From Botryllus schlosseri (taxonomy: Eukaryota), in the NCBI GenBank assembly GCA_051294905.1, contig CM119378.1, forward strand, positions 20,212,001 to 20,276,000: DNA of 64,000 nt, read 5' to 3'. A model generated the notes under the pieces. That model did not search any database and was not told the DNA's origin. It saw only the letters and a list, made by a program, of their open reading frames with translations. Shown piece after piece: positions 52,431 through 64,000 of the stretch. Each line of letters starts with the position of its first letter. Within the stretch, counting starts at the first letter, position 1. Made by a program: the position numbers and the translations under genes.

Positions 52431-54519
52431 GAATGCGCTGATACCACCGATGCATTGGATCAAGTGAAGGTCGGCTAGTGCCAACCAAGGATCACCTGAT
52501 GGTCGTTTAGTGAATCATGCCCGCGAAGTAAGTGCGGTAATCCCCGCATACCGGATTTCATGTCGTCAGCGTGGGTTAGTTATACACGATTGTGTTGCCA
52601 TTTGCGCCGTAAACCCTGAACATCTGTTATCTCTTCTAGACAGACAGTCTGCGGAGTTCGTTGAAAGGTCATCCCGTCTCGAAGCCTAGGATTTGCCTAG
52701 GATAAATCCTATACTGACTTTCTATTTTGTGAAATTTCTGATCGCTCCGGGTTGTCGTTAACTTGGCCGATTGCATTTTCGCTCGTTGCTCGGCTCGCCA
52801 GCCTTCAGATGTGTCAAGACCAACCATTCCGTTAAACCAGCTGATTTAAATGTGGAATTACGTCGATGTTGTGAAAATGAGCCACTTCATTTGGAAAAAT
52901 CTCGTGTGTCAGTCCACAATCCAATCCGTTGTGATGAATTTCAACAGCTTGCCGTATACTTCTCTTGCTTTTATTGTACGCGTCTTTTACAATGCAATGA
53001 ATAATATGTTATTTTCGAGGTGATATATATATATAGGCTTGCTTGGTTCCAAGACGGAAAGTCGCTGGAAGGATTCAGTTGGTACATGGTGTGCCCTTGC
53101 TGGCGTTAAGTTCTCACTGTTCAATGTTCACAATTTCCCTTAAGCCTGGTTGCAGTGGCTTGTTACTGGAATCTTTAGAAAACGCAATAGAAGCGGCGGT
53201 GCCAGCAGTATTATGTACTCACCGACATTGAAAAAGTGTGCGACTCGCTATTAGTCAGCCGAATGCTCTATGGATAGTTGGTTATCTGAAATTAATTGAA
53301 CGGATTGTCGTCCACACGAGTCGGTGGATATAATTTAGGTAGCGATTTGTCGTCGTTCGCCCATATGAAATATTTCTCAGTATATAAGGCTCATTATAAC
53401 CTTTGAAACTGATGTGTCGCACTAGAATTTACTTATTGACATCGTAATCTACCAGTACACGGCATGTTCTAATCTGAAAAATGGACTCTGACTCTGACTC
53501 TAGTGGACTTGTAGCATACCACCTTTGAAACATTCTGTAATGAAGACATGAAATACATTTTCCGCTTTTAGAAGTAGTATTTATAATTCACTTTCGGTTA
53601 CCAGTATCATATACTTTTGAGTTCTAATTAATATCAGTTCTTTTATCTGGATAACATACGTGTTGAAGTATAAAAGCAAGTGTAGTAATGCTTTTAATTT
53701 GATTTGATAAAAGTTGCTGTAAAAATTGCCATGACAAATACAGAAAAGTTGCAAAATGTTGCACTATAAAATCCGTCCAAACACCTTAAAACATCATAGT
53801 AAATAGATTCTGACTATCTAGGAAGCTGATTGGCGGTATTGTCATAGTATTGTCGACTACAACTTCAATAAAACAAGAGGTTTGGCTATGTTAATAACGC
53901 AGAACAAAAATAAATCTTTTGCTATTAAATGACTTTGCTATACTAGTTTACAACAACGCAAGCTGTGAGCTTCGATCACTTCGTTTGCGGTCATATTATT
54001 TGTGAGAGAACAATGGAGGTTCAGTAAAACGCACGATCATTGAATGATTGGTCGCTCTCACGGGTTACATCAGCGTTTCGCTAACAATACGAGCATATGC
54101 AAGTTAGTGTGATTTTTATCGACCCCGATTACATGGTGACTTGAAATTGACTCGGGAATTTTGCTCCGAGTCATGAGTCAATCCACATTTCTGACACGCC
54201 GAGTCAAGGCAAGTCAACTCATTTTAGCAAAGTGACTCCAGTCAAGTCAAGTCATACGAAAAAGTAGACTCGAATCTTACTAGAGTCAAGTCATGACTGA
54301 AATCATCCCAACACTGGTATGCTGTAGTAATGAGTTGCATTTTCAGTGTATTTCAATGTATAGCACTTGCCAATTTGCGTCTATCAATGCTTAAATAAAT
54401 GATATAGCATCTATAGAAGTCTATGTGCAATTGTGCATGCTTTTGAATTAGGAAGTGTCTAGCCGTCCGGTACCGGACGAATAATATCCTCAGGCTATTC
54501 GTCCGGCGTAAGAACGCCC

Positions 54520-55640
54520 ACGCCCACACACACGCAACCCAATCCTAATCACACAGTGCAACCCCAACCCCACCACCTCCGCACCTCATCTTAGGGCACC
54601 CAATCCTAACCCCACACGTGCCGAAACCCCAATCGTAACCCCACGGTCCAACCCCACCAGCTGATCTTACGGCACCCCACATGCGCCAAAACCCCTGATC
54701 CTAACCCTACAGTCCAACCCCACCACCTTATCTTACGACACCCCAATCCTAACCCCACACGTGCAACCCAGAACCCACATCATCATCTTACGGCACCCCA
54801 ACCCTAACCCCACACGTGCAACCCAGAACCCACCACATCATCTTACGGCACCCTAACCCCACAGTGCAGCCCCAGCCCCACCACCTCATCTTGCGACACC
54901 CCAATCCTTACCCTACAGTCCAACCCCACCACCTTATCTTACGACATCCCAATCCTAACCCCACACCAGGGTTGTAATGACTCGAGTCACGATTTTCTGA
55001 TGACTCGACTTGACTCGAGTCATTTTTTCAAAATACGGAAATGACTCGACTCGAGTCAATCTGTGTATTGACTCGACTTGGTATCGAGTCATTGCGCATG
55101 ACTCGAAACAATTCATATGACTCGAGAATCAGACGGCCAACACCGGCATTTCATTGTATTTTCGAAGAATAGTAAATTAACTACAATATTGGGATTTCGT
55201 CTATTGGTACTGGTATTCAAAAATGCAACCAGAAACTGGTAAAAGTGAAGAAAATTAGTATATTATCAGTGCGAACCATTCGATATCACCAAACAGAGTA
55301 TTAAAAGTCGGTTTAACAAGCCTGTAGCTGGAAACTAAGCAGTCATCACAATGACTTGGACTCGGACTCGGACTCGAGTCATAATACCATGACTCGGACT
55401 CGACCCTCTGCTCGCTGACTTGGACTCGGACTTGACTCGGTGGTGAATTGAAAATGACTCGACTTGACTCGAGTCAAAAGTATAAAAGTGAGATTGACTT
55501 GTTACTTGGTTACAACCCTGCCCCACACGTGCAACCCGAACCCACCACCTCATCTTACGGCACCCCACGCGTGCCGAAACCACAATCCTAACCCAAACAC
55601 CTCATCTTACGACACATTACAGGCGCAACCCTAAATTGAT
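54520..55640. repeat. C-rich ~55-bp tandem array in the MULE left subterminal region, split by a hAT MITE
   Basis: Unit approximately CCCCAATCCTAACCCCACACGTGCAACCCAGAACCCACCACATCATCTTACGGCA; period 55 between 54741 and 54796; about 10 copies. Confidence 0.9.
54967..55520. mobile_element. hAT MITE, 554 bp (GACTCGAGTC family)
   Basis: TIR CAGGGTTGTAA; TSD CCCCACAC at 54959-54966 and 55521-55528. Confidence 0.93.
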
Positions 55641-55719
55641 AACCTAACCAAAAATCAAATATAAACTCTATAAATTTGAACATGATCATGGGGAACATGT
55701 ATGATGGTTGTGGATAAGA

Positions 55720-57170
55720 AAGTCTACTACACCCTTTTTGCTGTCTACTGGACTACGAGCAGCGGCACTGCCACACATACCGTGCATTACGCTTGAAACA
55801 CAGGGTAACGCATCCCATTTCATTGCAGCACTTTCCGTAAAGAGTGCCAAGCTCATATTAGGTTTGGTACAGCAGATGATGGGCAGTATCTCATAGTTAT
55901 GAGTCTGACACTTTTGCCAGCAAAACTGAAGAAAAGAAGATGCCCAAAAGGCTTGGGTTTGTGATTAAGCGGTGTGCGTCACGAGAACGATCGAGAGAGC
56001 GAAAGTAACGAACGAAGAAGAAGAAATGTGACGCTCCGGTTTCATTTAAAAAAAGACATCCTAAAGACACAGACCGATGTAAGTTACTTTCAAGCAGAAC
56101 GTCAGCAAATTTAATTTCTACCTCATTCACAGTGATGCTGTCATGGATCGTATCACCATCCGACGCTAATGAAGAAATGTACAGAAAGAAATTGGGCAGT
56201 AAGTCTGTCACGTCTGACACGTCTTATCCCCAACAGCTGCCTTAATGAGACTGTGAATATACTCAACATCAAGAATTATTTCGCATATGATGTAATGGCT
56301 GCTGTGATGAAGGCATTTCAAAGTAAATAGCCTATAGTCAGAAGGACTGGTACCGTGGAATATGCGACCTTCAACTTTCAAAAAGCAATTCAATTGGCTG
56401 TTACTCCTGTCTCAATCGGGATCATCTCCTATGCGCTGGACTAAACAGTAAACACTTCCCCAAAACAAAAGAAATGGTTCTGTAACTGCTGCAAAAAATA
56501 ATAGATGCCTCTGTTAGAAAAATATGTAGCGGCAACTGTGACATTGAAGGTACTTCAGTGCTATTTTTCATGATCGATGTTCACATTGAAATCACGCTAT
56601 CAATGCTTGAATATCTTGGAAACAGCAAATAAATGCACAGCATTCACTGTCACTCGCAATGCAGAATGTGCTGGGGAAATACCAGCAAAACTTGTTTGAT
56701 GTATTGGACCTTGCTAAATCGTACCATGCGTACCAGATTATCACCCAATGATCATAAACATTGAAAGATATACACAAATATTTTTGCAACAGTTTGTCGT
56801 ATGTATTTGATGACTTTTTCATACCTGCTTAAGATGTTCACTTCCATAATACAAGACCCTCGTCGAAGGGAAATATCTACCTGGGCCCACTTAATAGCTA
56901 GCTACCTAACCAAGAGATTTATCGACTACTAAGACCTATCATTCTGAATGGATAACCATCTGTGAATTGCCCTACCTGATTACCTCTGATAGTCATATTA
57001 ACACTGTTGCCGTACTTCGTCCAGACATTGCGTCATTGATTCATTTGCTACTATCATCTAATTTTTCAACTACAATTCATTACAGAATGATCATGCAGAG
57101 ACAATGTAGGCATATACTTGTTTCATACGGGTTTTATCAGGCCACTTGACTCCCAAGGTTGTATCGATCT
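55720..57170 (+). pseudogene. MULE / ZSWIM3-like transposase remnant
   Basis: STFRKECQAHIRFGTADDGQYLIVMSL (55827-55907) resembles the ZSWIM3/FAR1-like N-terminal domain; later VMKAFQSK*P and QCRHIL (SWIM-like); many stops. Family match from memory, supported by the TIR and 9-bp TSD. Confidence 0.6.
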
Positions 57171-57964
57171 CTACTATCCGACACCAAATACTGTGCATGC
57201 GCATGTTTTCTGTATCATCATTGCTGCTGTCCATTTGTTCTGTATTTCTGTTGTATGAGAATAAAAGCCCCTCGGTCTCTCTCAGTTCGTATTCCAAGCA
57301 TTACTGTGCAGCAACATCAAGTATGGGTACTCGTAGTACAGCAGAGGTGAAAATTCCGTCTTAGTTGTACAATTCACGTATCATTGGTTAGGTCTCCGAC
57401 GCTTGCATTAGTTCAGAAATAGGCGGAGGCAGCAAGCATTTCAACGAATCGTTCGTGTCCTGACTGCATCTGGTTATTTCACGACAGCACTTTGTAACTC
57501 TTCGTATGGCGCAAACATTCCCTCGGAGCTCCAATTATGAGCATATACAAATCAGTATCCTTCGTGTTCTTACTTCATCAAGCGTACGCGAACATCTCTT
57601 GTAAAGGTAAAGTTGGGCGTCATGTTTTGGTATTTTCACGACAGCAACTTGCAATTATTAGTATGGCGTAAACTTTCCCCCGGAGATCCATTTATGAGCA
57701 TACAAACCAGTAACCAGGAATGCGAATAAATAATACACATTACACAACCGGGGCCTGTCAAAAACGCATACAGTCTCCATAGTAACGGGCTTACGTCACA
57801 CAGTGCCGGACGAATAGCCGGAAAAATTATTCGTCCGGTACCGGACGAATAGCCACTGCCTTTGAATTATAGCTGGATGGTGGGACCAAGAGGTAGGCGA
57901 ACTGCCTTTAAATTTTGTTATCAGTATCCAAGTGTTTTCGTGCGGCTCCATAAGAACTCTGAAG

Positions 57965-59979
57965 CAGGGTTGTAATGACTCGAGTCATGACTCGACTCGA
58001 GTCAGACTCGAGTCACGATTTTTTTATGACTCGACTTGACTCGAGTCATTTTCTTGAAATGGGAAAATAACTCGACTCGACTCGAGTCAATATTTGGATT
58101 GACTCGACTTGTACTCGAGTCATTACGCATGACTCGACCCAAGTCATTGACTCGGCTTATTTTATATGACTTGAAGATGAAGAAATTTGCGAATCATAAT
58201 GGCTAGATCAACGCATCCGACGAATTCTGCCGACATCGCTATTTGTCACCACTGCTTTCGTTGCACTTGTCTGATATCAGATATGCCGCCGTAAAAACAA
58301 CAGAAAATGATACATAGTAGCAATGCATTGTACAAAATCGTCCAGTGATGAAGAGGTAATAGATCCTCAGCAATTAAAGTACTCAAGACTTTTCAATTAT
58401 ACAAGCAAACAATTGGATCAAAGTTCAATTAGAGCCAATGAAATGACTCAGATGGTGAAGAGACTGATAAGCTCATGAGTAGATTTGAAGGCGATGATTC
58501 TTTGCATTTTTGGGCGACTAGGAAGAATGAGTATTAAATGCTCTTCAGTGTGGTTCAAAAATGCTTGTCAATTCCTGCATCGAGTGCACTACTGGAGCGT
58601 GTATTCAGTAGATGTGGATTCATTCTACGGCCATGCCGCTTTAACATATTTGAGGATCTCCTTTCCACATTAGTATTTTTGAGGTGTAACTCATTGATTT
58701 GATCTGCTGTCTGTGAAAACACACAATGCCCCTCGTCCATTTGACGTTTTGTTAGGTATGTGCATTGTGCACGTGAGTAATAATGAATGGCTAATGTTGT
58801 GTGATGTTTGTACAATATGGCTGTTCTAAAATAACTTTTTTTTATTTTACTGGGTGGTTGCTTGATAAGATTGTTATGTTGCATAAGAGGAACACTGAAT
58901 CTGGCTTAATTTGAAAAAAGTGGAATCAATGATGTGAGAGGAGAATATTTTGGATTTGAAAATAAATGGAGTATTTTAGTGAGAAATTCTTTCATATAAT
59001 ATAATTACATAGTAGTAAGCCGACTATTTTTTCATATCCAAAACATTCTACTCTAATAACTTCACTTTTTCTAGTTGGAATTGAGTCAAATTTGCTATGA
59101 ATCATATTTTTACACAATGTAACAATATCATGAGATAGCCGGTAAAATTCGAAAATCTCTATTTGTAATTAGTCTAAAATTTTCTTTAATAGCATTGCTT
59201 TCTACTGGTTGGAATTGAGCCAAATTTGATTTTTTAGGCAATCTAGCAGTTTTAAGAAGTAGCCGGAAAATTTGAAAAAATGTTTTTGAACAGCCCCATT
59301 GTACAATTATTTCTCCAATGCTGTAACTGCGATGTAGTCTGTAATGCAATTGGGAAAACCTTTAGTATAATCAAAGGGTATCTGTTCTGTTGTCACTGCA
59401 CAATGCACATAGTTGCATGCACGCTTTTACAGCATGCTGGCCTGTTGTAAATACCTCTACATAAACATGCATCTATTGATTCTCTATCAACTAGTATCTT
59501 GACGTGAATTTGTTGGTTCTCTATCAGCTATTCGTGAACTATCGTCGATGTGTTCATAATAAAAACTGAATGCTTGTATTTGTGATGTATCAGACTGACA
59601 AGAGAGATATTCGATTTTAAGTTCTAAGATTAGTAAAGTTATCTTTAGCATCGGTAAATGAGGCCAGGACTTGTCCGTTATCTGCCTAAATAAACACGTG
59701 CCAAGACTCTGATAGGGACAAAATGAGCATGTTTCGCAAACAAGGAATTCGATATTACCCAAGCAGGATTGAAAACATGAGTTGAACATGACTTCAATAC
59801 TGTGACTTGGACTCGACTCGAGTCATAACACCATGACTCGGACTTGACCCTTTAAACGGTGACTTGGACTCGGACTCGAGTCTGTGATGAATTGAAAATG
59901 ACTCGACTCGACTCGAGTCAAAACCACAAAAGTATGATTGACTCGTGACTCGGAACCATGTGACTTGGTTACAACCCTG
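57965..59979 (+). mobile_element. Internally deleted hAT transposon, 2015 bp (GACTCGAGTC family)
   Basis: TIR CAGGGTTGTAA; TSD CTCTGAAG at 57957-57964 and 59980-59987; ends shared with 54967-55520. Confidence 0.95.
58451..58702 (+). pseudogene. hAT transposase C-terminal dimerisation domain remnant
   Basis: DDSLHFWATRKNEY*MLFSVVQKCLSIPASSALLERVFSRCGFILRP...LVFLRCN; LSIPASSA..ERVFS is the hAT dimerisation signature; one internal stop. Confidence 0.9.
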
Positions 59980-61859
59980 CTCTGAAGTTTGAAATGTAGC
60001 TCCGACATCCAAAAAAGTTGGGTACCACTGATAAAAAGCATTGGCTCTCAACCCTTTTCACCTTGCGGTGCTAAATCAGATGCATCATTAGTTTCATGCA
60101 CTCCGGAACTAGATCATCGTTATGAGGTTTCACCATTTCAAATAACAGTATAGAATAGATCCGAATCAGTTACAAAGTACAATAAAATATCTCTAATTTG
60201 AGTCGCGCTGAATAATGCTGGTTCTTCTTGAATTACACATCGTAAAGGAGGTGCAACATGATTTCAAATACATACGATCTTCACCTAACGCATTGTTTCT
60301 TAACCTTATCGCCAGCGCCCCCAAAGGGGCGATTCGAATTTAAGTAGGAGTTTACCCTCAGGGTCGATATGGGGGTGGGGTTCGAAGGGGTGGTATGGGG
60401 GAGCGCTGAAGAAAAATTGCGCCGCAGTAGAGGGTGCAGTAGCGACATGTGAATATCTCGGGTTATTTACCACAAAATGTTTCGAGCCGAAAGGCTGATC
60501 GGATTCCCAAATATAGCTTCAGCGCACAAATAAAATACCTAAGGTTCTTTACTGGCACGGGAACACATCGACACGAGCGTGGATACCTACGACAGCTGGA
60601 GAACTGCATACATGTACCAGTACCATTTATCAACTTTCCCCGGATCAATTACCAAGTACAATAAAATATATCGAATTTGAGTTGCGCTGAATACCGCTGG
60701 CTCTTCTTGAATAACAAACCGTAAAGCAGGTGCAACAGGAGTCGGTGACTTTACAATCACAATACGCAACAGCGTAGGTACAGACGATCTTCAACTAACT
60801 CAGTGTTTCCTAAACTTCTCGCCATCGCCCCCAAGGGGCTATTCGAATTTTGAATGGGCGGACACGCTCATGGCCGATATGTGGGGGGTCAGAGGGGCAG
60901 TGTGAGGGGGCGCTGAATAAAATGGCGTCACAGTAGAGACGTATGAATGTCTCGGGTTATTTGCAACAATGTTTCGAACCGAAAGGCTGATCCCATTTCC
61001 GAAGTATAGCTTTACACCACAAATAAAACAGCCGGGGTGCTTTGCTGGTGCTGGAACACAGACACGAGTGTGGATACTGATACGACATCATGGTGCACTG
61101 TATACATGTACCAGTGCCGCCATTTATCAACTTTCTCTCTCCTGACGTATCATCTTTATTGCCAGGCAAATACATCTCCCTCCTACCGTCTTTTTATCGC
61201 GAAACCAGGCACGTACAAAATTACAAGCACATAATATGATTCTATTTATTCCATGGCGAATAACGAGTGCAACTAGACCGAGGGGAACGATGCGTACACG
61301 TCTCGGCCTTATGATAAGTACCGCAAGACACCGTTCAGACGATTCACAACATCACGAACAACCGATCGTCATCTTCATCACGTTTCAGACTCGGGTTTGC
61401 AGCTGGAAAAGTCGAGGAATCAATTAGCTGCGTCAAATCATATACATATCGCGAAAGAGCAAAGGCGAATAATGTACTACTAGAAACGCGTTTCCTGGTC
61501 TGATAGCAGACCTAATGTACCCATGATCGGAACAGAGCAACTTGCCAATAACGAACGTCATCAGGAGCTATATAAGTAATGGAGGGATTAACCTCTCCTT
61601 CTGTGGCGAAGCCGGCTATGCCAATAACCCGAAGGAGCAGTTGCAATCTATTTCGATCCGCATAGCGATCATAGTTAGCGTCGTCGAGAATAAGTATCAA
61701 CCGGACATCCACCCGTAGCACAAATAGCAGACAAACGCAACCAAAGGCACACAAAACACAAGAAATAACACCCATTGGACGACGCGGCAATACAACATAA
61801 AGCTAAACACGCGATCCGCATAGCGATCATAGTTAGCGTCGTCGAGAATAAGTATCAAC

Positions 61860-62848
61860 TAGGGATGGTGTGAACCTCTGAAAGGTTCAGGTTCGTGTGA
61901 ACGCGAACCTTTTTGAAAGGTTCTGTGTGAACACGAACGTGAATCTCGTGACGTCACGTGACGTAATATTGCTAATTCCAACCCTTTCTTTCAATGAAGT
62001 GATAGCCTAATATGCCCTATATTAATGTACACGATACCTAGCGAAGATTCGGCCCACATAATGCCACAATGCTGAAGCACATATCGGCGTTTTAAACGTC
62101 GCTAAATGTATCAACCGCGGTAATCAAAGGATATAATAATTGCATAAAATCAGTACATTCCGTCGCTTTGCCAACCATTTCGACGAGGACTTACCAAGGA
62201 ATATAAGCTTACGCCTTAACGGTCTTAGCCAGACCGGACAATGTGTTCGGAGTCTGAGTATTGCTACATTGATATTGAGCAGAGTGTACAACGGGTTTCT
62301 ATACTCGCTACCGATACCACAAACAGCAAGTTATGCAGCAGTAGCACGCACCTTAATCGCACGGATTTGGTTTTAATGATACAGTAAAGATATGAAGCCA
62401 AGATTGACCCAGTACGACCGTTCGATTTTTTACATCAGAAGACGATATCAATGTCATTGATTGGTTGACTAAGCATCATTCGCTGACTACGTATATCGGT
62501 TGCAGGTCAGGCTCACAGCAGAGAGTCACTAAATATTCACACACGGAAAGCTGGATATTCCGAGAAAATTTTTGCAACAAAACAAGTAAAACTTTTAAGG
62601 TTGTCGAGGTGCACGGTGCATGCTCGTTTAGTGTTGATTTTTTATGCTGCCAGCACCATGCATGAAGTGGCCCGCAGTTGAAATGCAATAAATTTGAGCC
62701 AAAGATCTTATAATGGAGTGAAAATTACAATTTACCTAAAGGTTCACAGTGCAGAACCTACCAAGGTTCTGTTGTGAACGCGAACCTCTAAATTCCCGAG
62801 GTTCACACACAGAACGCGAACGTGAACCTCACGTTCACACCATCCCTA
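61860..62848. mobile_element. Non-autonomous hAT, 989 bp
   Basis: Perfect 16-bp TIR TAGGGATGGTGTGAAC; TSD GTATCAAC at 61852-61859 and 62849-62856. Confidence 0.94.
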
Positions 62849-63139
62849 GTATCAACCGGACATCCACCCGTAGCACAAATAGCAGACAAACGCAACCAAA
62901 GGCACACAAAACACAAGAAATAACACCCATTGGACGACGCGGCAATACAACATAAAGCTAAACAACACGCAAATACCAATTGGGGCAAAACAAAGGAGGG
63001 GACAGATAAGCATCCGACACACACGACAACAACGATACGGCACGCCAACAACGATACGGAAAGGCGATTAAAAATCTGGCACACTCTCACACACGCGGGA
63101 GACACTGACAGTGACTGTCCGTCCGTCCGTCCGTCAATC

Positions 63140-64000
63140 AATCAACGAAACAACGGGGATGAAACTACAATTTCCGTTAAGAGGGTGAAACTACGTTGTG
63201 CAATGGAACATTCCAACGAGGGTGAAACAGGTAATCAACGAAACAACGGGGATGAAAGTAAAATTTTCGGTAAGAGGGTTAAATGTTGTGAAATGGAACC
63301 TTTCAACGAGGCTGAAACAGGTAATCAACGAAACAACGATGACACTACAATTGTCGTTAAGAGGGTGAAACTATGTTGTGCAATAGAACATGTCATCGAG
63401 GGTGAAACAGTCGATCAACGAAACAACGAGGAGGAAACTACAATTTTCGTTAAGAGGGTGAAACTATGTTGTGAAATGGAACCTTTCCAACGAGGGTGAA
63501 ACAGGTAATCAACGAAACAACGAGGATGAAACTAAAATTTTCGTTTAAGAGGGTGAAACTATGTTGTGAAATGGAACCTTTCAACGAGGGTGAAACAGAT
63601 AATCAACGAAACAACGAGGATGAAACTAAAATTTTCGTTTAAGAGGGTGAAACTATGTTGTGAAATGGAACATTTCAACGAGGGTGAAACAGATAAATCA
63701 ACGAAACAACGAGGATGAAACTAAAATTTTCGTTTAAGAGGGTGAAACTATGTTGTGAAATGGAACATTTCAACGAGGGTGAAACAGATAATCAACGAAA
63801 CAACGAGGATGATACTACAATTTTCGTTTAAGAGGGTGAAACTATGTTGTGAAATGGAACATTTCAACGAGGGTGAAACAGATAAATCAACGAAACAACG
63901 AGGATGAAACTACAATTTTCGTTAAGAGGGTGAAACTATGTTGTGAAATGGAACATTTCAACGAGGGTGAAACAGATAATCAACGAAACAACGAGGATGA
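63140..64000 (+). repeat. Satellite-like tandem array, 93-95-bp unit, at least 9 copies, open-ended
   Basis: Unit starts at 63601, 63696, 63790, 63885, 63978; each unit has three ~31-bp subunits carrying G(A/G)TGAAAC. Confidence 0.97.

Larger units (their letters stand above)
54451..57860 (+). mobile_element. Decayed Mutator-like (MULE) DNA transposon, 3410 bp
   Basis: About 55-bp imperfect TIRs beginning GG(A/C)AGTG and containing CGTCCGGTACCGGACGAATA; 9-bp TSD TTTGAATTA at 54442-54450 and 57861-57869; internal transposase remnant. Confidence 0.85.
60150..64000 (+). mobile_element. Unclassified dispersed repeat, copy C (runs off the window end)
   Basis: Colinear with copy A; 5' region tandemly reiterated (60150-61200); interrupted by the hAT at 61860-62848; (GTCC)n at about 63115-63134 precedes the array. 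Confidence 0.8.

Noticed and set aside
54520-55640. Interstitial telomere
   Set aside because: Only isolated CCTAACCC motifs within a 55-bp unit, not tandem (CCCTAA)n.
55897-56393. Minus-strand ORFs of 107 and 61 aa that look protein-like
   Set aside because: Antisense shadows of the + strand MULE transposase remnant.
62930-63499. 189-aa ORF with 31-aa repeats (also 45204..45533)
   Set aside because: Arises because the 93-bp unit is a multiple of 3; neighbouring 94-95-bp units break the frame; no splice or domain support.
63620-63650. CENP-B-box-like TTCG...GGG motif in the satellite
   Set aside because: Only a partial match; the essential CGGG is missing.
63140-64000. CRISPR-like array
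   Set aside because: Head-to-tail repeats without unique spacers, no cas genes, eukaryotic context.

Overview
AT-rich eukaryotic (animal) genomic DNA. An invertebrate such as a tunicate is plausible from the 69-84 nt introns and the repeat content, but this is inference. No prokaryotic features, CRISPR arrays, rRNA or intact tRNA genes were found. The window is mostly transposon-derived: a decayed Gypsy pol with its 3' LTR, about 14 hAT elements with readable 8-bp target-site duplications (TSDs), a decayed Mutator-type (MULE) element with a 9-bp TSD, LINE 3' ends, tRNA-derived SINEs and TE-borne tandem repeats. One host gene can be assembled by hand on the + strand: an NLR (NACHT plus degenerate LRR-like exons) spanning about 11160-43659. 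Twelve candidate exons splice with consistent phases into 2910 nt (969 aa + stop); the NACHT exons are secure, the distal exons tentative. The three most notable observations: (1) the NLR appears to have no death-fold domain but a short RHIM/cRHIM-like amyloid motif on its own 84-nt exon; (2) a dispersed repeat family (three copies) carries two diverged, directly repeated ~110-nt structured-RNA-like motifs with compensatory changes, a pseudoknot and a CUGANGA box; (3) the same family shows stages of satellite birth. All analysis was by eye; no database searches were run, and approximate boundaries are marked as such.
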